Of a DNA stretch of 64,000 bases, positions 16,768 through 26,594 are shown in pieces. A program made the translations under genes and the position numbers. The DNA comes from an uncultured Nitrososphaerota archaeon. GTDB lineage: Archaea > Thermoproteota > Nitrososphaeria > Nitrososphaerales > Gagatemarchaeaceae. Position 1 is the first letter of the stretch. Each line of letters begins with the position of its first letter. The notes beneath the pieces were generated by a model. It was not told where the DNA came from, searched no databases, and saw nothing but the letters and a program-made list of their open reading frames with translations. The DNA lies in assembly GCA_963703285.1 (NCBI GenBank), contig OY969807.1, positions 192,001-256,000 of the forward strand, written 5' to 3'.

Positions 16768-16997
16768 TGGAAGGCCGAGCTGAAGATGCTGCTCAGGGAA
16801 GAGGAGATGGAGTTCCAGACACCCGACGTGAACCCTCCGGCTTCCTTCAGGATAGACTCGATCCCACCCACCAGGAGGGAAAGCGCAACGAGCGCGACCG
16901 AGAGGAGGAGTGCCTCCTCAATCAGCTGCGCCGCCCTCCTGTCCTTCTTCAGCCTCCTGAAAATTCTCTCGATCATTGAGACCATACGCCCGCCCAC
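16761..16997 (-). CDS. Putative major pilin (class III signal peptide)
   Basis: KKDRRA/AQLIEEALLL followed by a hydrophobic helix; downstream of the pilus assembly genes. Confidence 0.75.
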   Translation of the reverse strand: MGGRMVSMIERIFRRLKKDRRAAQLIEEALLLSVALVALSLLVGGIESILKEAGGFTSGVWNSISSSLSSIFSSAFQW

Positions 16998-17017
16998 TAT
17001 TTAACGGCCAACCAACC

Positions 17018-17632
17018 CTAGAAGGATACGACGAGGGGCGCGAAGAAGTACGTCACGAGAAGGTAGGCGGCCAGCGAGACGAGCAGGTTGAGGTAGGCCC
17101 TCCTCGGCGAGAAGAAGAACCCGAGGAAGGACGCGGCAGGGATGACGAAGAGGATGCCGAGGTAGGAAGGGCTCGACGGGGCCGGCGTCGCGCTGAGGGT
17201 GAGCTGGAAGGACGTCAGGACCGGCGCGACCACCGAGATCATCGCGGTCACACCGCCAAGGATCGCCGAGACCATGAGGCTCCTCGTCTCCATTATCCGC
17301 TGGTCCACCAGCCGCTGCTGCTTCTTCCAGACCCAATGCTCGAAGAGCGTCGTGAGCCTGTCCGCCCGCCTGCTAGCCTCCACGGCGTTCACCTTGGCTT
17401 GGTTCACGAGGTAGAGCAGGACCTCCCGCGAAGGGTCCTCCGCGGAGACCAGGTTCGCGACCGCCTGTTCGACCGGCCTCCCGAGCAGGATCTGCCTGAC
17501 CATCTCCCTCTCCTCTACGAGATTGCTAGAGCCGAATGTCTCCACGATGGACGCCGCTATACCCTTGCCGTGGGCCGAGAGCCTCAGCACCTGCCTCAGC
17601 CTTCCCATCCGGGCGAGTTCTCTAGAGCTCAC
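17018..17632 (-). CDS. Type IV pilus membrane platform protein (TadC/T2SS-F-like)
   Basis: In an operon with the secretion ATPase; C-terminal TM helices. Confidence 0.65.
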   Translation of the reverse strand: MSSRELARMGRLRQVLRLSAHGKGIAASIVETFGSSNLVEEREMVRQILLGRPVEQAVANLVSAEDPSREVLLYLVNQAKVNAVEASRRADRLTTLFEHWVWKKQQRLVDQRIMETRSLMVSAILGGVTAMISVVAPVLTSFQLTLSATPAPSSPSYLGILFVIPAASFLGFFFSPRRAYLNLLVSLAAYLLVTYFFAPLVVSF

Positions 17633-18333
17633 GCCGAGAGCCTGCTCCTCTCCGTCGATGACAGGGAGAGCGCGATGTCCAGGACCACGACCTCAAGGAA
17701 CGCGAGGCTGACCATCGCGACCGCCCCGGTGTGGTGGCCGATGGCGGCCAGAAGCATCAGCATGATGGGGAGGAAGAACGAGACGGTCAGGAAGACAGGG
17801 AACTTCGTCTCCTCCTTCGAGACCGACGCCGCCACCATCCCCTCCAGCTCCTCCCCCTCGTCGTCGAGCCTCTCGCCCTGTGCCCTGACCACAGAGCCGA
17901 GGATCTTGGAGACGGACTCGGACTCCGCACTACCTCCCCTCCTTGCAAAGCTGTCGGCGGGGTCGAAGCCGAGCAGCGTCGTCCTCCTGAGCTCACCCAG
18001 AAGAGCGGCGAGCCGCGGCTCCTCCGACCGCAGCATGAGTACGGTCTTGCACTTGGAGCCCGAGCTCCGGAGATAGACGGCCGCAGCCGCGGCGAGGGCG
18101 GGAGACTCCCTCGCCTGCTGGATCGCCGATCGTTCGAGCGACCGCCGGGGCAGCGCAGCCAGAGAGTACCCGGCCCCCACCGCGACGACGACGCCTAGCA
18201 CGAGGGAGAACTGACCGAGGAGGGGGTAGGTGACCGCCGAGACGACGGATGCCAGAGCCAGCGCCACCGCGGCGACGGCGACGCCCATCCTCCTGCCATC
18301 GAGGCCGAGGGCGTCCCAAGACCCCCAGTTCAA
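17629..18333 (-). CDS. Type IV pilus membrane platform protein (TadB/C-like)
   Basis: TM-cytoplasmic-TM layout; 4-bp overlaps with both neighbours. Confidence 0.65.
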   Translation of the reverse strand: MNWGSWDALGLDGRRMGVAVAAVALALASVVSAVTYPLLGQFSLVLGVVVAVGAGYSLAALPRRSLERSAIQQARESPALAAAAAVYLRSSGSKCKTVLMLRSEEPRLAALLGELRRTTLLGFDPADSFARRGGSAESESVSKILGSVVRAQGERLDDEGEELEGMVAASVSKEETKFPVFLTVSFFLPIMLMLLAAIGHHTGAVAMVSLAFLEVVVLDIALSLSSTERSRLSA

Positions 18334-19784
18334 CGGCCCACCTTCACGCTCATCTCCTCTACCCTTGCCTGAACCGCCTCCAGCTCATCGAGGATTCGGT
18401 CCCTCGTGACGGACGGTCTCCTCACCTGGAGGCCCTCCCAGGGGATGATACGCTGGAGCCTGCCGTCCCTCCCCCTCGAGTAAAGCTCCGCGAGGGTCGC
18501 CTCCCCTTCCTCCTCCACGAGGAGACTGATCGCCGATACGTGCCTGCGCGACCCGAGCCTCTCCGGTCTGGCCATCTGGACGACGAAGTCGAGGTCCAGG
18601 AGGTTCGCCTTCGAGATGCCGTGCATCTCCCTCCACCTCCTGACAGCCTGGGCCGCCGACGAGGCGTGAAAGGTCTGTAGGCCCCTGATGCCAGCCGAGA
18701 GGGCGTGGAAGAAAGCCTTGCTGTGCTCCTCCGACTGGATCTCCCCCAGGATCACGACGTCGGGCGACCTGTGGAGTATCTTGGTTATCTCGGCCGACTT
18801 CGTCCTGGAGCTCTCCGCAGACCTCTCGAACGGGTCGACCTTGAGCTTCAGCTGGTGGTAGCCTTCGCCAAGCAGGTCCTTGGTCTCGACCGCGTCCTCG
18901 ACGTAGATCCTCCTCAGCCTTGGGTTCAGGGCCTCATCGAGCGCGTTGAGGAGCGTGGTCTTCCCCGTCCCTGTCTCCCCCACCACGGTCACGTTCATTC
19001 CAAGCTCCAGGGCGGCTATGAGAAGCGAGGCAGACTCCATCGAAAGGACGTCCGTCCTCACGAGGTCCGCTATCGTCAGACCGCTCGAGGTCAGCTTCCG
19101 TACGTCCAGCGAGAAAGCGTTGACGGCCAGCGGGGCGAGGTCGAGGGAGATGCGGAGCCTCCTGCCGAATATGTCGAACTCGTTCTTCAGCGAGGGGTTC
19201 GAGAAATCTATCGTGTACCCCTTGAAAGTGTCCATGTGCGTCTCGATGGCCTTCCTCTCCCTCTCCGTCAGGGTCAGCCGTGTCTCGCACCGCCCGTACC
19301 TTGCGTGGTCGAGGTAGACCGGGGCACCCGGGGCGTCGACGTAGAACTCCGAGACGTGGTCGTCGAGGGAGAGGCAGTAGATGGTCGGTATGCCCACAGC
19401 CTCGAACGCCGCAATTCGCGAGAGGACCCTGACTCTCTCCGTCTCCTGGATTGAAGCCAGCCGGCTGACTCCCGCCTGAGACAGGTCCTCGACCAGCCCC
19501 GTGAACGACGGGGGTACCTCTGCGGCGGGGCTGAGCCTCGCGGAGACGTCCGCGACGGTATCTCGCAGCAAGCCGAGCTCGAGGGGGGAGATGTCGGGGA
19601 TTGCCTGGTAGTTGACGCCATTCCGCGACCTCTTAATCGTGTACACGAAGGGCGGGATCCTGTACGACTCGACCTCCTCTCCATCTGCCTCCTGGAAGAG
19701 CTCGAGGAGGAGGGGCGAGACGCGGCGCGCGGCGGCCTTCTTCCCGGCCAGTCGTCGAACCACCCGGGTTATCGGTCCTTCCAA
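18330..19784 (-). CDS. Type II/IV secretion (pilus assembly) ATPase
   Basis: GETGTGKTT, YVEDAVE, RSPDVVILGEI, TFHAS. Confidence 0.92.
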   Translation of the reverse strand: MEGPITRVVRRLAGKKAAARRVSPLLLELFQEADGEEVESYRIPPFVYTIKRSRNGVNYQAIPDISPLELGLLRDTVADVSARLSPAAEVPPSFTGLVEDLSQAGVSRLASIQETERVRVLSRIAAFEAVGIPTIYCLSLDDHVSEFYVDAPGAPVYLDHARYGRCETRLTLTERERKAIETHMDTFKGYTIDFSNPSLKNEFDIFGRRLRISLDLAPLAVNAFSLDVRKLTSSGLTIADLVRTDVLSMESASLLIAALELGMNVTVVGETGTGKTTLLNALDEALNPRLRRIYVEDAVETKDLLGEGYHQLKLKVDPFERSAESSRTKSAEITKILHRSPDVVILGEIQSEEHSKAFFHALSAGIRGLQTFHASSAAQAVRRWREMHGISKANLLDLDFVVQMARPERLGSRRHVSAISLLVEEEGEATLAELYSRGRDGRLQRIIPWEGLQVRRPSVTRDRILDELEAVQARVEEMSVKVGR

Positions 19785-19863
19785 CGCGCCGACAACCCGT
19801 CGGTGTATTAAGCCACCACTGGGTGGCCGCTTAAATCGACTGCGAGAATCTTGTCCGGTTCAT

Positions 19864-20226
19864 ATGGTCGAACTGGTTGAGTACATGCTCGTCCTCGGTC
19901 TGACCGTCACGCTCTCCGCCCTCGGTTTCGTAATCCTGGGGGGTGCCCTCCCCGTCTTGAACCAGAGCCAGGCCAAGGCTCAGCTCGAAGAGATAGAGGG
20001 TGCGGCGGGGCTCGCCGCCCTGAAGGGGAACACGACGTTAGTCCTCCCCCTCTCCGACGCCTCCCTCGAGTGCTCCCAGGGCCTCCTCAGCATCTCATCG
20101 GGCGGCTCGAGCTACTCCTCCCCTGTGGACTATCCGTGCAGCTTCAGCTACGAAGGAGTTTCATGCCTTTGCAGCCTCATTTTCAGCGAGTCTCAGGGCG
20201 AGGTTCAGCTGAGGGTGGTGAACTGA
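19864..20226 (+). CDS. Pilin-like protein
   Basis: MVELVEYMLVLG hydrophobic N-terminus and a Cys-containing head; divergent from the ATPase. Confidence 0.7.
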   Translation: MVELVEYMLVLGLTVTLSALGFVILGGALPVLNQSQAKAQLEEIEGAAGLAALKGNTTLVLPLSDASLECSQGLLSISSGGSSYSSPVDYPCSFSYEGVSCLCSLIFSESQGEVQLRVVN

Positions 20227-20597
20227 TGCCCGTATCTGGAGTATCCGGGGCGCTCTCCACCTCAATCTACTTCGTCTCGCTCTTCCTCCTCCTTGCGACA
20301 CTGATACCGCCAACTAGGGCCGCCTACGACGACGCCGACCTCGCCGCAGCCAGGCACCTAGCTGGCGCCCTAGCCCAGCAGATAGACGACCTGTCGCCGG
20401 GGATGACGAGCGCCCTGAAGTTCGGGTCGTCCCCTGGCGTCTCCACCTCCGTCCTCCTGTCCGGCCGGAACGTGACCGCGACGGTGGGAGGCTCGTCCGC
20501 CACCGCCGGTGTGGTCTGGCAGCTGCCGACCTCGCTCCTCTCGGCGGACGACACATACGTAGTTTCGCTCGATGGAGGTGCGCTAGAGGTTGCGTAG
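20226..20597 (+). CDS. Pilin-like/membrane-anchored protein
   Basis: TGATG coupling with the previous gene; N-terminal TM helix. Confidence 0.65.
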   Translation: MPVSGVSGALSTSIYFVSLFLLLATLIPPTRAAYDDADLAAARHLAGALAQQIDDLSPGMTSALKFGSSPGVSTSVLLSGRNVTATVGGSSATAGVVWQLPTSLLSADDTYVVSLDGGALEVA

Positions 20598-20703
20598 GCG
20601 GGGGTTCATAGACCTCTACGTGGACGTCGCCCTGGCCTTCTTGGTGATCCTCGTCCTCTCGGCGGTCTGCCTCTCCCTCCTCGCTTCCCACGCAGGTGCC
20701 TGA
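20590..20703 (+). CDS. 37-aa mini-pilin-like peptide
   Basis: TTG start, MRRRG/FIDLYVDVALAFLVILVLSAVCLSLLASHAGA; fills the gap in the operon. Confidence 0.6.
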   Translation: MRRRGFIDLYVDVALAFLVILVLSAVCLSLLASHAGA

Positions 20704-20705
20704 GG

Positions 20706-21065
20706 TTGAGGACCATCGACGTCGCCGTCGCAGCGGGTTACGCTGTACTTTGCATATCCCTCATCTCGGTGATGAGCCCCTACGGCGCGGAAGGTGGGGG
20801 CATCACAGCCACGGCGGACTCCAGGGCCAGCGTGGCTGCCGCCTCGTACGTCCAGAAGGTTGGGCTCCCCTTTCTGGCGACCGCCTCCCCGGGGCTCTTC
20901 TGCTCCTCCCTCGAGTCATCGAGCAACTCGACCGTGGTCCTCGGTGGGTCGATCGACGGCCACAGCTGTGGGCCGCCACCCACCGATGTCATCGGCTCCT
21001 CGAGCCTCGGTTTCGCTCTTTCGGGCCAGCAGGTGGAGATAGAGGCATGGGTCGCAGGGGCGTAG
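20706..21065 (+). CDS. Pilin-like/membrane-anchored protein
   Basis: N-terminal hydrophobic helix, Cys pair, operon position. Confidence 0.6.
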   Translation: MRTIDVAVAAGYAVLCISLISVMSPYGAEGGGITATADSRASVAAASYVQKVGLPFLATASPGLFCSSLESSSNSTVVLGGSIDGHSCGPPPTDVIGSSSLGFALSGQQVEIEAWVAGA

Positions 21066-21850
21066 CAGCCACCATCGTCTCCTTCGTCGTCTTCACCTCC
21101 TTGCTTCTCGCCAACTCGGCGCTCTACTCCTCGGCCAACAGCGGCCTGAGCGCCGCTCTGACTTCGTCGATGCAGGTGAAGGAGAGGACAACGGCCGGGG
21201 TTCTCGACGGTGTCTCGGGCTTCGATGCGCTCTCTTCGGTCCAGGACTTCGTCCAATCTAACCCCCTCGATTGCGCCTCGCCCCAGGCGTACTTCGACTC
21301 GCTGGCGGGGAGCGCCAGCGGGACGGGGTCAGAAGGCGGGATGTCCTACGTTACGCGCACGTCCTGGTCGTACGCGACCGACCTTACCGCGAGCGGGGAC
21401 GACTCCACGCTCTCGCCGTTCAACGGCTACGAAGCGGGCGCCCTGAACCTGTACGTCAGCGTCGAGGTCGACGAGTCCTACGACGGCGGCCTGCCATCCT
21501 ACTCGACGCAGTCCGCCGAGACCGTGCACCTTCCCATGGCGCTCTCTTCCTCCATCTCGCTCTGCCTCTCGGCGCTCTCGGACCTGGGCGCAGCTCTCTC
21601 CTCCCTCCAGTCGTGCAACTCGACCGGCGTCGCCAGCGCCACGGCCTCGGCGGAGACCACCTATCCGGTCCTGGGCGCCTTCGAGCTCGGGGTCTCCTCC
21701 AGCCCTCAGCAGTCGGGCTGCCTGGTCACCTACTCGGTCATGACAACAGAGGCTGGGACGGGTGTGTCCGGCGGGTTTCAGTGGTCTGTGTGGGGCGAAG
21801 GATCGCTCGATGCCTCAGTTCCTCCAGGATCTCTTCCATCCGGGGCCTGA
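21047..21850 (+). CDS. Minor pilin/adhesin-like protein (class III signal)
   Basis: MGRRG/VAATIVSFVVF followed by a Ser/Thr-rich extracellular domain. Confidence 0.7.
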   Translation: MGRRGVAATIVSFVVFTSLLLANSALYSSANSGLSAALTSSMQVKERTTAGVLDGVSGFDALSSVQDFVQSNPLDCASPQAYFDSLAGSASGTGSEGGMSYVTRTSWSYATDLTASGDDSTLSPFNGYEAGALNLYVSVEVDESYDGGLPSYSTQSAETVHLPMALSSSISLCLSALSDLGAALSSLQSCNSTGVASATASAETTYPVLGAFELGVSSSPQQSGCLVTYSVMTTEAGTGVSGGFQWSVWGEGSLDASVPPGSLPSGA

Positions 21851-22757
21851 AGATCTCGACGAACTGCTCCCTGATGGTGTACTCGGCGACCTCGACCGTC
21901 GCTGCCATCACCCTCTGCGAAATCCTCTTCTTCCTGCGCTCAAGGAGCGCCAGCGCGATCTCCCCTGCGTAGACCGCCGTTGCGGCGAGCGCCCGAGGGT
22001 TGTGACCCCCCCTGGACGGTCCATCGACGCTCTCGAGCGCTATCCTGGCGGCGTCGTGGAGCGAATTGAGGTAGCCGAGAGGTAGCGAGCCATCTGCCGG
22101 GAGCTTCGACTCGAGGCGGACCATGACGTTCCCGACGTACTCCTCCGCGCGCCTCGGCCTGGTCCTGATGGGCGAATCGATCGAGATCTGGATTATCACA
22201 GATCCCTTCACGCGATAGCCCAGGTTCCGGTGCGCCGCCAGTATCTCCTTCACGCCAACGCTCGACGTGCCGAGCCTCTTGCAGGCATTGATAACCGCAA
22301 AGGCGGAGATGGCGGGTATCGTTATCTCACCGTGGCCCCGCCTCATCTCCATGACGGACTTGGCTATCGTCACAGAATCCGCGACTACGGCGCTCGGCAG
22401 CACGAGCTTCTCGCACACCCTCTCGATCAGCCTCGCGCAGTTGTAGACCGCCGCCCCGTCCCTGTAGGAGTAGTCGGAGATCGTCTTCAGGTACTTGAAG
22501 GTCGAGGGAGACGACGAGAGCCCCCTGGAGAATATCTCATCGTTCCCGTACTCGTGCGGTCCGAGGAAGCTTCCGAGCGAGTGATTCGTGAAGTCCACGG
22601 CCTGCGGGGCCCTGTACTCGCCGGTCTCGACCACCTCCTTGGGCGTGACCACGCCACACGAAGAGCAGACCATCTCTTCACCTATGTCGACCACGCGCCC
22701 CAGGCACTGGCCGCAACCCTCCGAGCGAGACGTTGTTAGCATGAAGGGCAGGTCCAA
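21738..22757 (-). CDS. Divergent transcription factor B (TFB/TFIIB) paralog
   Basis: Zn ribbon CGQC...VCSSCG, two cyclin-like repeats, GHNPRALAATAVY, VAEYTIRE. Confidence 0.85.
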   Translation of the reverse strand: MDLPFMLTTSRSEGCGQCLGRVVDIGEEMVCSSCGVVTPKEVVETGEYRAPQAVDFTNHSLGSFLGPHEYGNDEIFSRGLSSSPSTFKYLKTISDYSYRDGAAVYNCARLIERVCEKLVLPSAVVADSVTIAKSVMEMRRGHGEITIPAISAFAVINACKRLGTSSVGVKEILAAHRNLGYRVKGSVIIQISIDSPIRTRPRRAEEYVGNVMVRLESKLPADGSLPLGYLNSLHDAARIALESVDGPSRGGHNPRALAATAVYAGEIALALLERRKKRISQRVMAATVEVAEYTIREQFVEIFRPRMEEILEELRHRAILRPTQTTETRRTHPSQPLLS

Positions 22758-22913
22758 CGGTCCTCTAATGCCCTAGGTTGGTCACCAGGTACCACTCCCT
22801 TACCGTGGAACGGCCCACGACCATGCCTCTCAGGCGGGGAGGGGTCGGGTCGTGTGAAAGTGTCGGCCACACCCAACAATTTAAAAATCGAGCGAGGCGC
22901 GACCGGTAACTCG

Positions 22914-23864
22914 ATGAACCGGTCCGAACTTCTAGAGGTCTCCGACATCCGGCTGAGGCCCTCCGCCGAGCTGGTCGGCCTCATCGATCAGATGTACCGT
23001 GCCGGCGGCTTCATGGCGAAGAACCTTGCTGAGGCCGCTAGGATCGAGCTCGAGATGGTGAGGGACAAGAGGTGCACGAAGTTCCTCTCGTTCCCCGCGG
23101 CCCTGATGGCGACGGGAGCGAGGGGCGTCATCGTCGACATGGTCAAGAGCGGGATGGTCGACGTCATAGTCACCACCGTGGGAACCCTTGACCACGACCT
23201 CAGCCGTTCGTGGGGGCACTACTATCACGGGAGCTTCCAGCTCGACGACGCCAAGCTCCAGAAGGCGGGATACCACCGGCTCGGGAACATCGTCGTTCCC
23301 ATCGAAGTCTACGGCCCGGCCATAGAGAAGAAGCTCCAGCCCTGGCTCGACGGGCTCTATGCCGGCGGGAGGCGCAGCCTCAGCACCGAGGAGCTCTGCT
23401 TCGAGCTGGGAGGGCTGGTCGACGACCGGCAGAGCCTCCTCTACTGGGCGCGGAAGAAGGGGGTTCCGATGTTCATTCCGGGACCGATGGACGGCGCCGT
23501 CGGCTCACAGATCTGGCTCTTCGCGAACCGACGGTCGGACTTCACGGTCGACGTCATCAAGGACGAGAAGCGCCTCGCGGACATCGTCTTCGACTCGAAG
23601 AAGACCGGTGCTCTGGTGGTCGGGGGAGGGATATCAAAGCACCACACCATCTGGTGGAACATGTTCAAGGGCGGCCTGGACTACGCCTGCTACATCACGA
23701 CGGCGGTCGAGTACGATGGCTCCCTTAGCGGAGCACAGGTGCGCGAGGCCATCTCCTGGGGGAAGGTGAAGGAGAAGGCCAGGCAGACGACGCTCTACGC
23801 CGACGCCACGATCGCCCTCCCGCTCATAGCCACCTACGTCCTCACGAAGGAAGGGTCCGCCTGA
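22914..23864 (+). CDS. dys: Deoxyhypusine synthase
   Basis: GGGISKHH, YDGSLSGA..REAISWGK, ADATIALP. Confidence 0.96.
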   Translation: MNRSELLEVSDIRLRPSAELVGLIDQMYRAGGFMAKNLAEAARIELEMVRDKRCTKFLSFPAALMATGARGVIVDMVKSGMVDVIVTTVGTLDHDLSRSWGHYYHGSFQLDDAKLQKAGYHRLGNIVVPIEVYGPAIEKKLQPWLDGLYAGGRRSLSTEELCFELGGLVDDRQSLLYWARKKGVPMFIPGPMDGAVGSQIWLFANRRSDFTVDVIKDEKRLADIVFDSKKTGALVVGGGISKHHTIWWNMFKGGLDYACYITTAVEYDGSLSGAQVREAISWGKVKEKARQTTLYADATIALPLIATYVLTKEGSA

Positions 23865-23934
23865 TCGGGAGACGCGCCTCATTGTTTATAACTGATTCTC
23901 AAATCCCCTGCGGGCCAAGGTCGACAAAGCCTAT

Positions 23935-26079
23935 TTGCCCACCGATTATGGAATAGTTGCCGCCGGCATCGCTGCGGTGGCCCTCCTCTACGCCTTGGTC
24001 CTCTTCTTCATGGTGCGGAGGCAGGACCCAGGCACCCCCAGGATGACGGAGATAGCCACGGCGGTGCGGGTCGGGGCGAACGCGTTCCTCAGGAGGGAGT
24101 ACACGGTCATCGCGCCGATAGCGATTGTAATCTCGATTCTAATCTACGTCTTCATCGACGTCCCTCTCAACACGGGTGGGGTGACTGCGGTCGGCTTCCT
24201 CGTGGGGGCCGCCCTCTCGGCGATGGCGGGTTACATCGGCATGGCGGCGACCGTGAGAACCAGCTCGAGGACCGCACAGGCCGCAAGGAAGGGGCTGGGG
24301 CCCGCCCTGACGCTGGCCTTCTGGGGCGGCGGCGTCATGGGGATGGCGGTGGTGGGCTTCGGACTTTTCGGCGTCTCGGCGTTCTACATCGCCTACCAGT
24401 CGGAGATTCTGTTGCACCCAGCCGTCATCGCCGGCCTGGGTTTCGGCGCCTCGCTGATCGCCATGTTCATGAGGGTCTCCGGCGGGATCTACACGAAGGC
24501 AGCCGACGTCGGAGCCGACCTGGTCGGCAAGGCCGAGGCGGGAATACCCGAAGACGACCCCAGGAACCCGGCCGTCATCGCTGACAACGTGGGCGACAAC
24601 GTCGGAGACTGCGCGGGCATGGGCGCCGACGTCTACGAGTCCTTCGTGGTGACCTCTATAGCGGCCCTGATCCTTGCGGCGCTCATCACGAGCTCCGCGA
24701 GCTCGTACGGCTCCCTCGCCTCGCTCTTCTCGTCCAACCAGCTGCTCGAGTACCCCCTCCTTCTGGGCGCGGCCGGCATAATCGGATCCATCCTCGGCGG
24801 GCTCTACATCCGCAACTCGATCAAGAAGAACCCCATGGGGTCCCTGAACGTCGCCCTGATCATCGCGGCAGTGATAGCGATAGCCATCGACGCTGTCATA
24901 ACTACCTCAGTCTTCTCGGGGAGCACATTCGGGTATGGTCTCCTCGCGAGCGCCATCGTCGGTGTCATAGTCGTCGTCGTCATCGAGAGGGTCGCGGACT
25001 ACTTCACCTCCTACAACTACAAGCCCGTGAGGTTCATCTCGGAGGCGAGCCAGACCGGGGCCGCCACCAACTTCCTGGCGGGCTTCTCGACCGGCCTCCA
25101 GAGCACGGCGCCGTCCGCCATGGTGCTCGTCATGGCGATAGGGCTCTCGTACTTCATCGGCTACTACGCATCCGGCCAGAACGTCCTCCTCGGCGTCTAC
25201 AGCACAGCGATCGCGACGATGGCCGAGCTCTCGCTCACGGGGATCATAATGTCCATCGACTCCTTCGGGCCAATCACCGACAACGCCAACGGCATCGTCG
25301 AGATGGCCGGCCTCGAGAGCGGGGTCCGGGAGGTCACCGACGAGCTCGACGCCGTCGGGAACACGACGAAGGCCACGACGAAGGCGTTCGCGGTTACGTC
25401 CGCGGCGCTCGCGGCCGTCGCCATCTTCTTCGCCTTCCAGTCTGAGGTGAACAACCAGATCGCGAGCCACCCGGACCTGATCTCAAAGTACGGCGCGGCC
25501 TCGCTGACCTTCGCTCTCTCGGACCCAAGGGTGATCATCGGGCTCTTCATAGGCAGCCTCCTGCCCTTCTACTTCTCCAGCTTCCTGATCCAGGCTGTGG
25601 GCAGGGCCGCGATCAAGATGGTGAACGAGGTCAGAAGGCAGTTCAGGGAGATCCCGGGGATAATGGATGGGACGGGCAAGCCCGACTACGCCAAGTGCGT
25701 CGACATCAGCACGACGGCGGCCATCCAGGAGCTGGCGAAACCCGCGCTCCTGGCCGTCGCCAGCCCCCTGCTGGTGGGTTTCATCCTGGGACCGGTGGCC
25801 CTGGGCGGGCTGCTTATCGGGAGCGTCGTGACGGGAGTCTACCTCGCCTTCACGATGACGAACGGAGGCGCCGCCTGGGACAACGCAAAGAAGTACATAG
25901 AGCTGGGACACCTCGGTGGGAAGAATACACCAGTACATGCCGCGGCGGTGATGGGAGACACCGTGGGAGACCCGTTCAAGGACACCGCCGGACCGGCGAT
26001 CAACTCGCTGATCAAGGTCCTCAACACGATCTCGATCGTCTTCATCGCTGCGATAGTGATGTACGCGCTCTTCGTGTGA
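23935..26079 (+). CDS. hppA: Membrane-integral ion-translocating pyrophosphatase (GNTTK suggests K+-independent H+-PPase)
   Basis: GGIYTKAADVGADLVGK, EDDPRN, DNVGDNVGD, GNTTKA, GDTVGDPFKD. Confidence 0.96.
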   Translation: MPTDYGIVAAGIAAVALLYALVLFFMVRRQDPGTPRMTEIATAVRVGANAFLRREYTVIAPIAIVISILIYVFIDVPLNTGGVTAVGFLVGAALSAMAGYIGMAATVRTSSRTAQAARKGLGPALTLAFWGGGVMGMAVVGFGLFGVSAFYIAYQSEILLHPAVIAGLGFGASLIAMFMRVSGGIYTKAADVGADLVGKAEAGIPEDDPRNPAVIADNVGDNVGDCAGMGADVYESFVVTSIAALILAALITSSASSYGSLASLFSSNQLLEYPLLLGAAGIIGSILGGLYIRNSIKKNPMGSLNVALIIAAVIAIAIDAVITTSVFSGSTFGYGLLASAIVGVIVVVVIERVADYFTSYNYKPVRFISEASQTGAATNFLAGFSTGLQSTAPSAMVLVMAIGLSYFIGYYASGQNVLLGVYSTAIATMAELSLTGIIMSIDSFGPITDNANGIVEMAGLESGVREVTDELDAVGNTTKATTKAFAVTSAALAAVAIFFAFQSEVNNQIASHPDLISKYGAASLTFALSDPRVIIGLFIGSLLPFYFSSFLIQAVGRAAIKMVNEVRRQFREIPGIMDGTGKPDYAKCVDISTTAAIQELAKPALLAVASPLLVGFILGPVALGGLLIGSVVTGVYLAFTMTNGGAAWDNAKKYIELGHLGGKNTPVHAAAVMGDTVGDPFKDTAGPAINSLIKVLNTISIVFIAAIVMYALFV

Positions 26080-26106
26080 GCTTCGGGCCCGGCCGTCCCG
26101 CGTCCT

Positions 26107-26481
26107 CTAGAGCGTCGCCACGCAGTCGATCTCGACCAGAATATCGTCCCTGACGAACCCCACGACGACCGTGGTCCTGGTCGGCCTGTGGGTCCCGAAG
26201 AAGGCCGAGTAGACCTCGTTCATCTCCTTGAAGTGAGCGCCGTCCTTGAGGTAGACCGTGACCTTGACCACCTTCCCGGGTCCGCTCCCTCCCGCCTCGA
26301 GCACGGCTCCGATGTTCTCGAGCACCTGCCTCGTCTGCTCCCCTATCCCCCCTCCGACCATCGAGTTCGTCGCCGGGTTAATCGGGATCGTCCCCGAGAC
26401 GAATATCATCCCGTTGGCCTCAATCCCCTGCGAGTACGGACCTACCGGCTTGACCGCCCTGGGTGACTCTATGTACTTCAT
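26107..26481 (-). CDS. ridA: RidA/YjgF-family imine deaminase
   Basis: GPYSQG, FVSG, MNEVY, PTRT, VEID. Confidence 0.92.
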   Translation of the reverse strand: MKYIESPRAVKPVGPYSQGIEANGMIFVSGTIPINPATNSMVGGGIGEQTRQVLENIGAVLEAGGSGPGKVVKVTVYLKDGAHFKEMNEVYSAFFGTHRPTRTTVVVGFVRDDILVEIDCVATL

Positions 26482-26594
26482 CGGGAAGCTTTCGGGTCCC
26501 GTCCGCTATAATGCTTGCCTGACATGGAGGATTGCGTCATAGCGAGGCTCGGGATTCACAACCCTTAAGATGAATTCGGTCTCGCCGGCAACGA

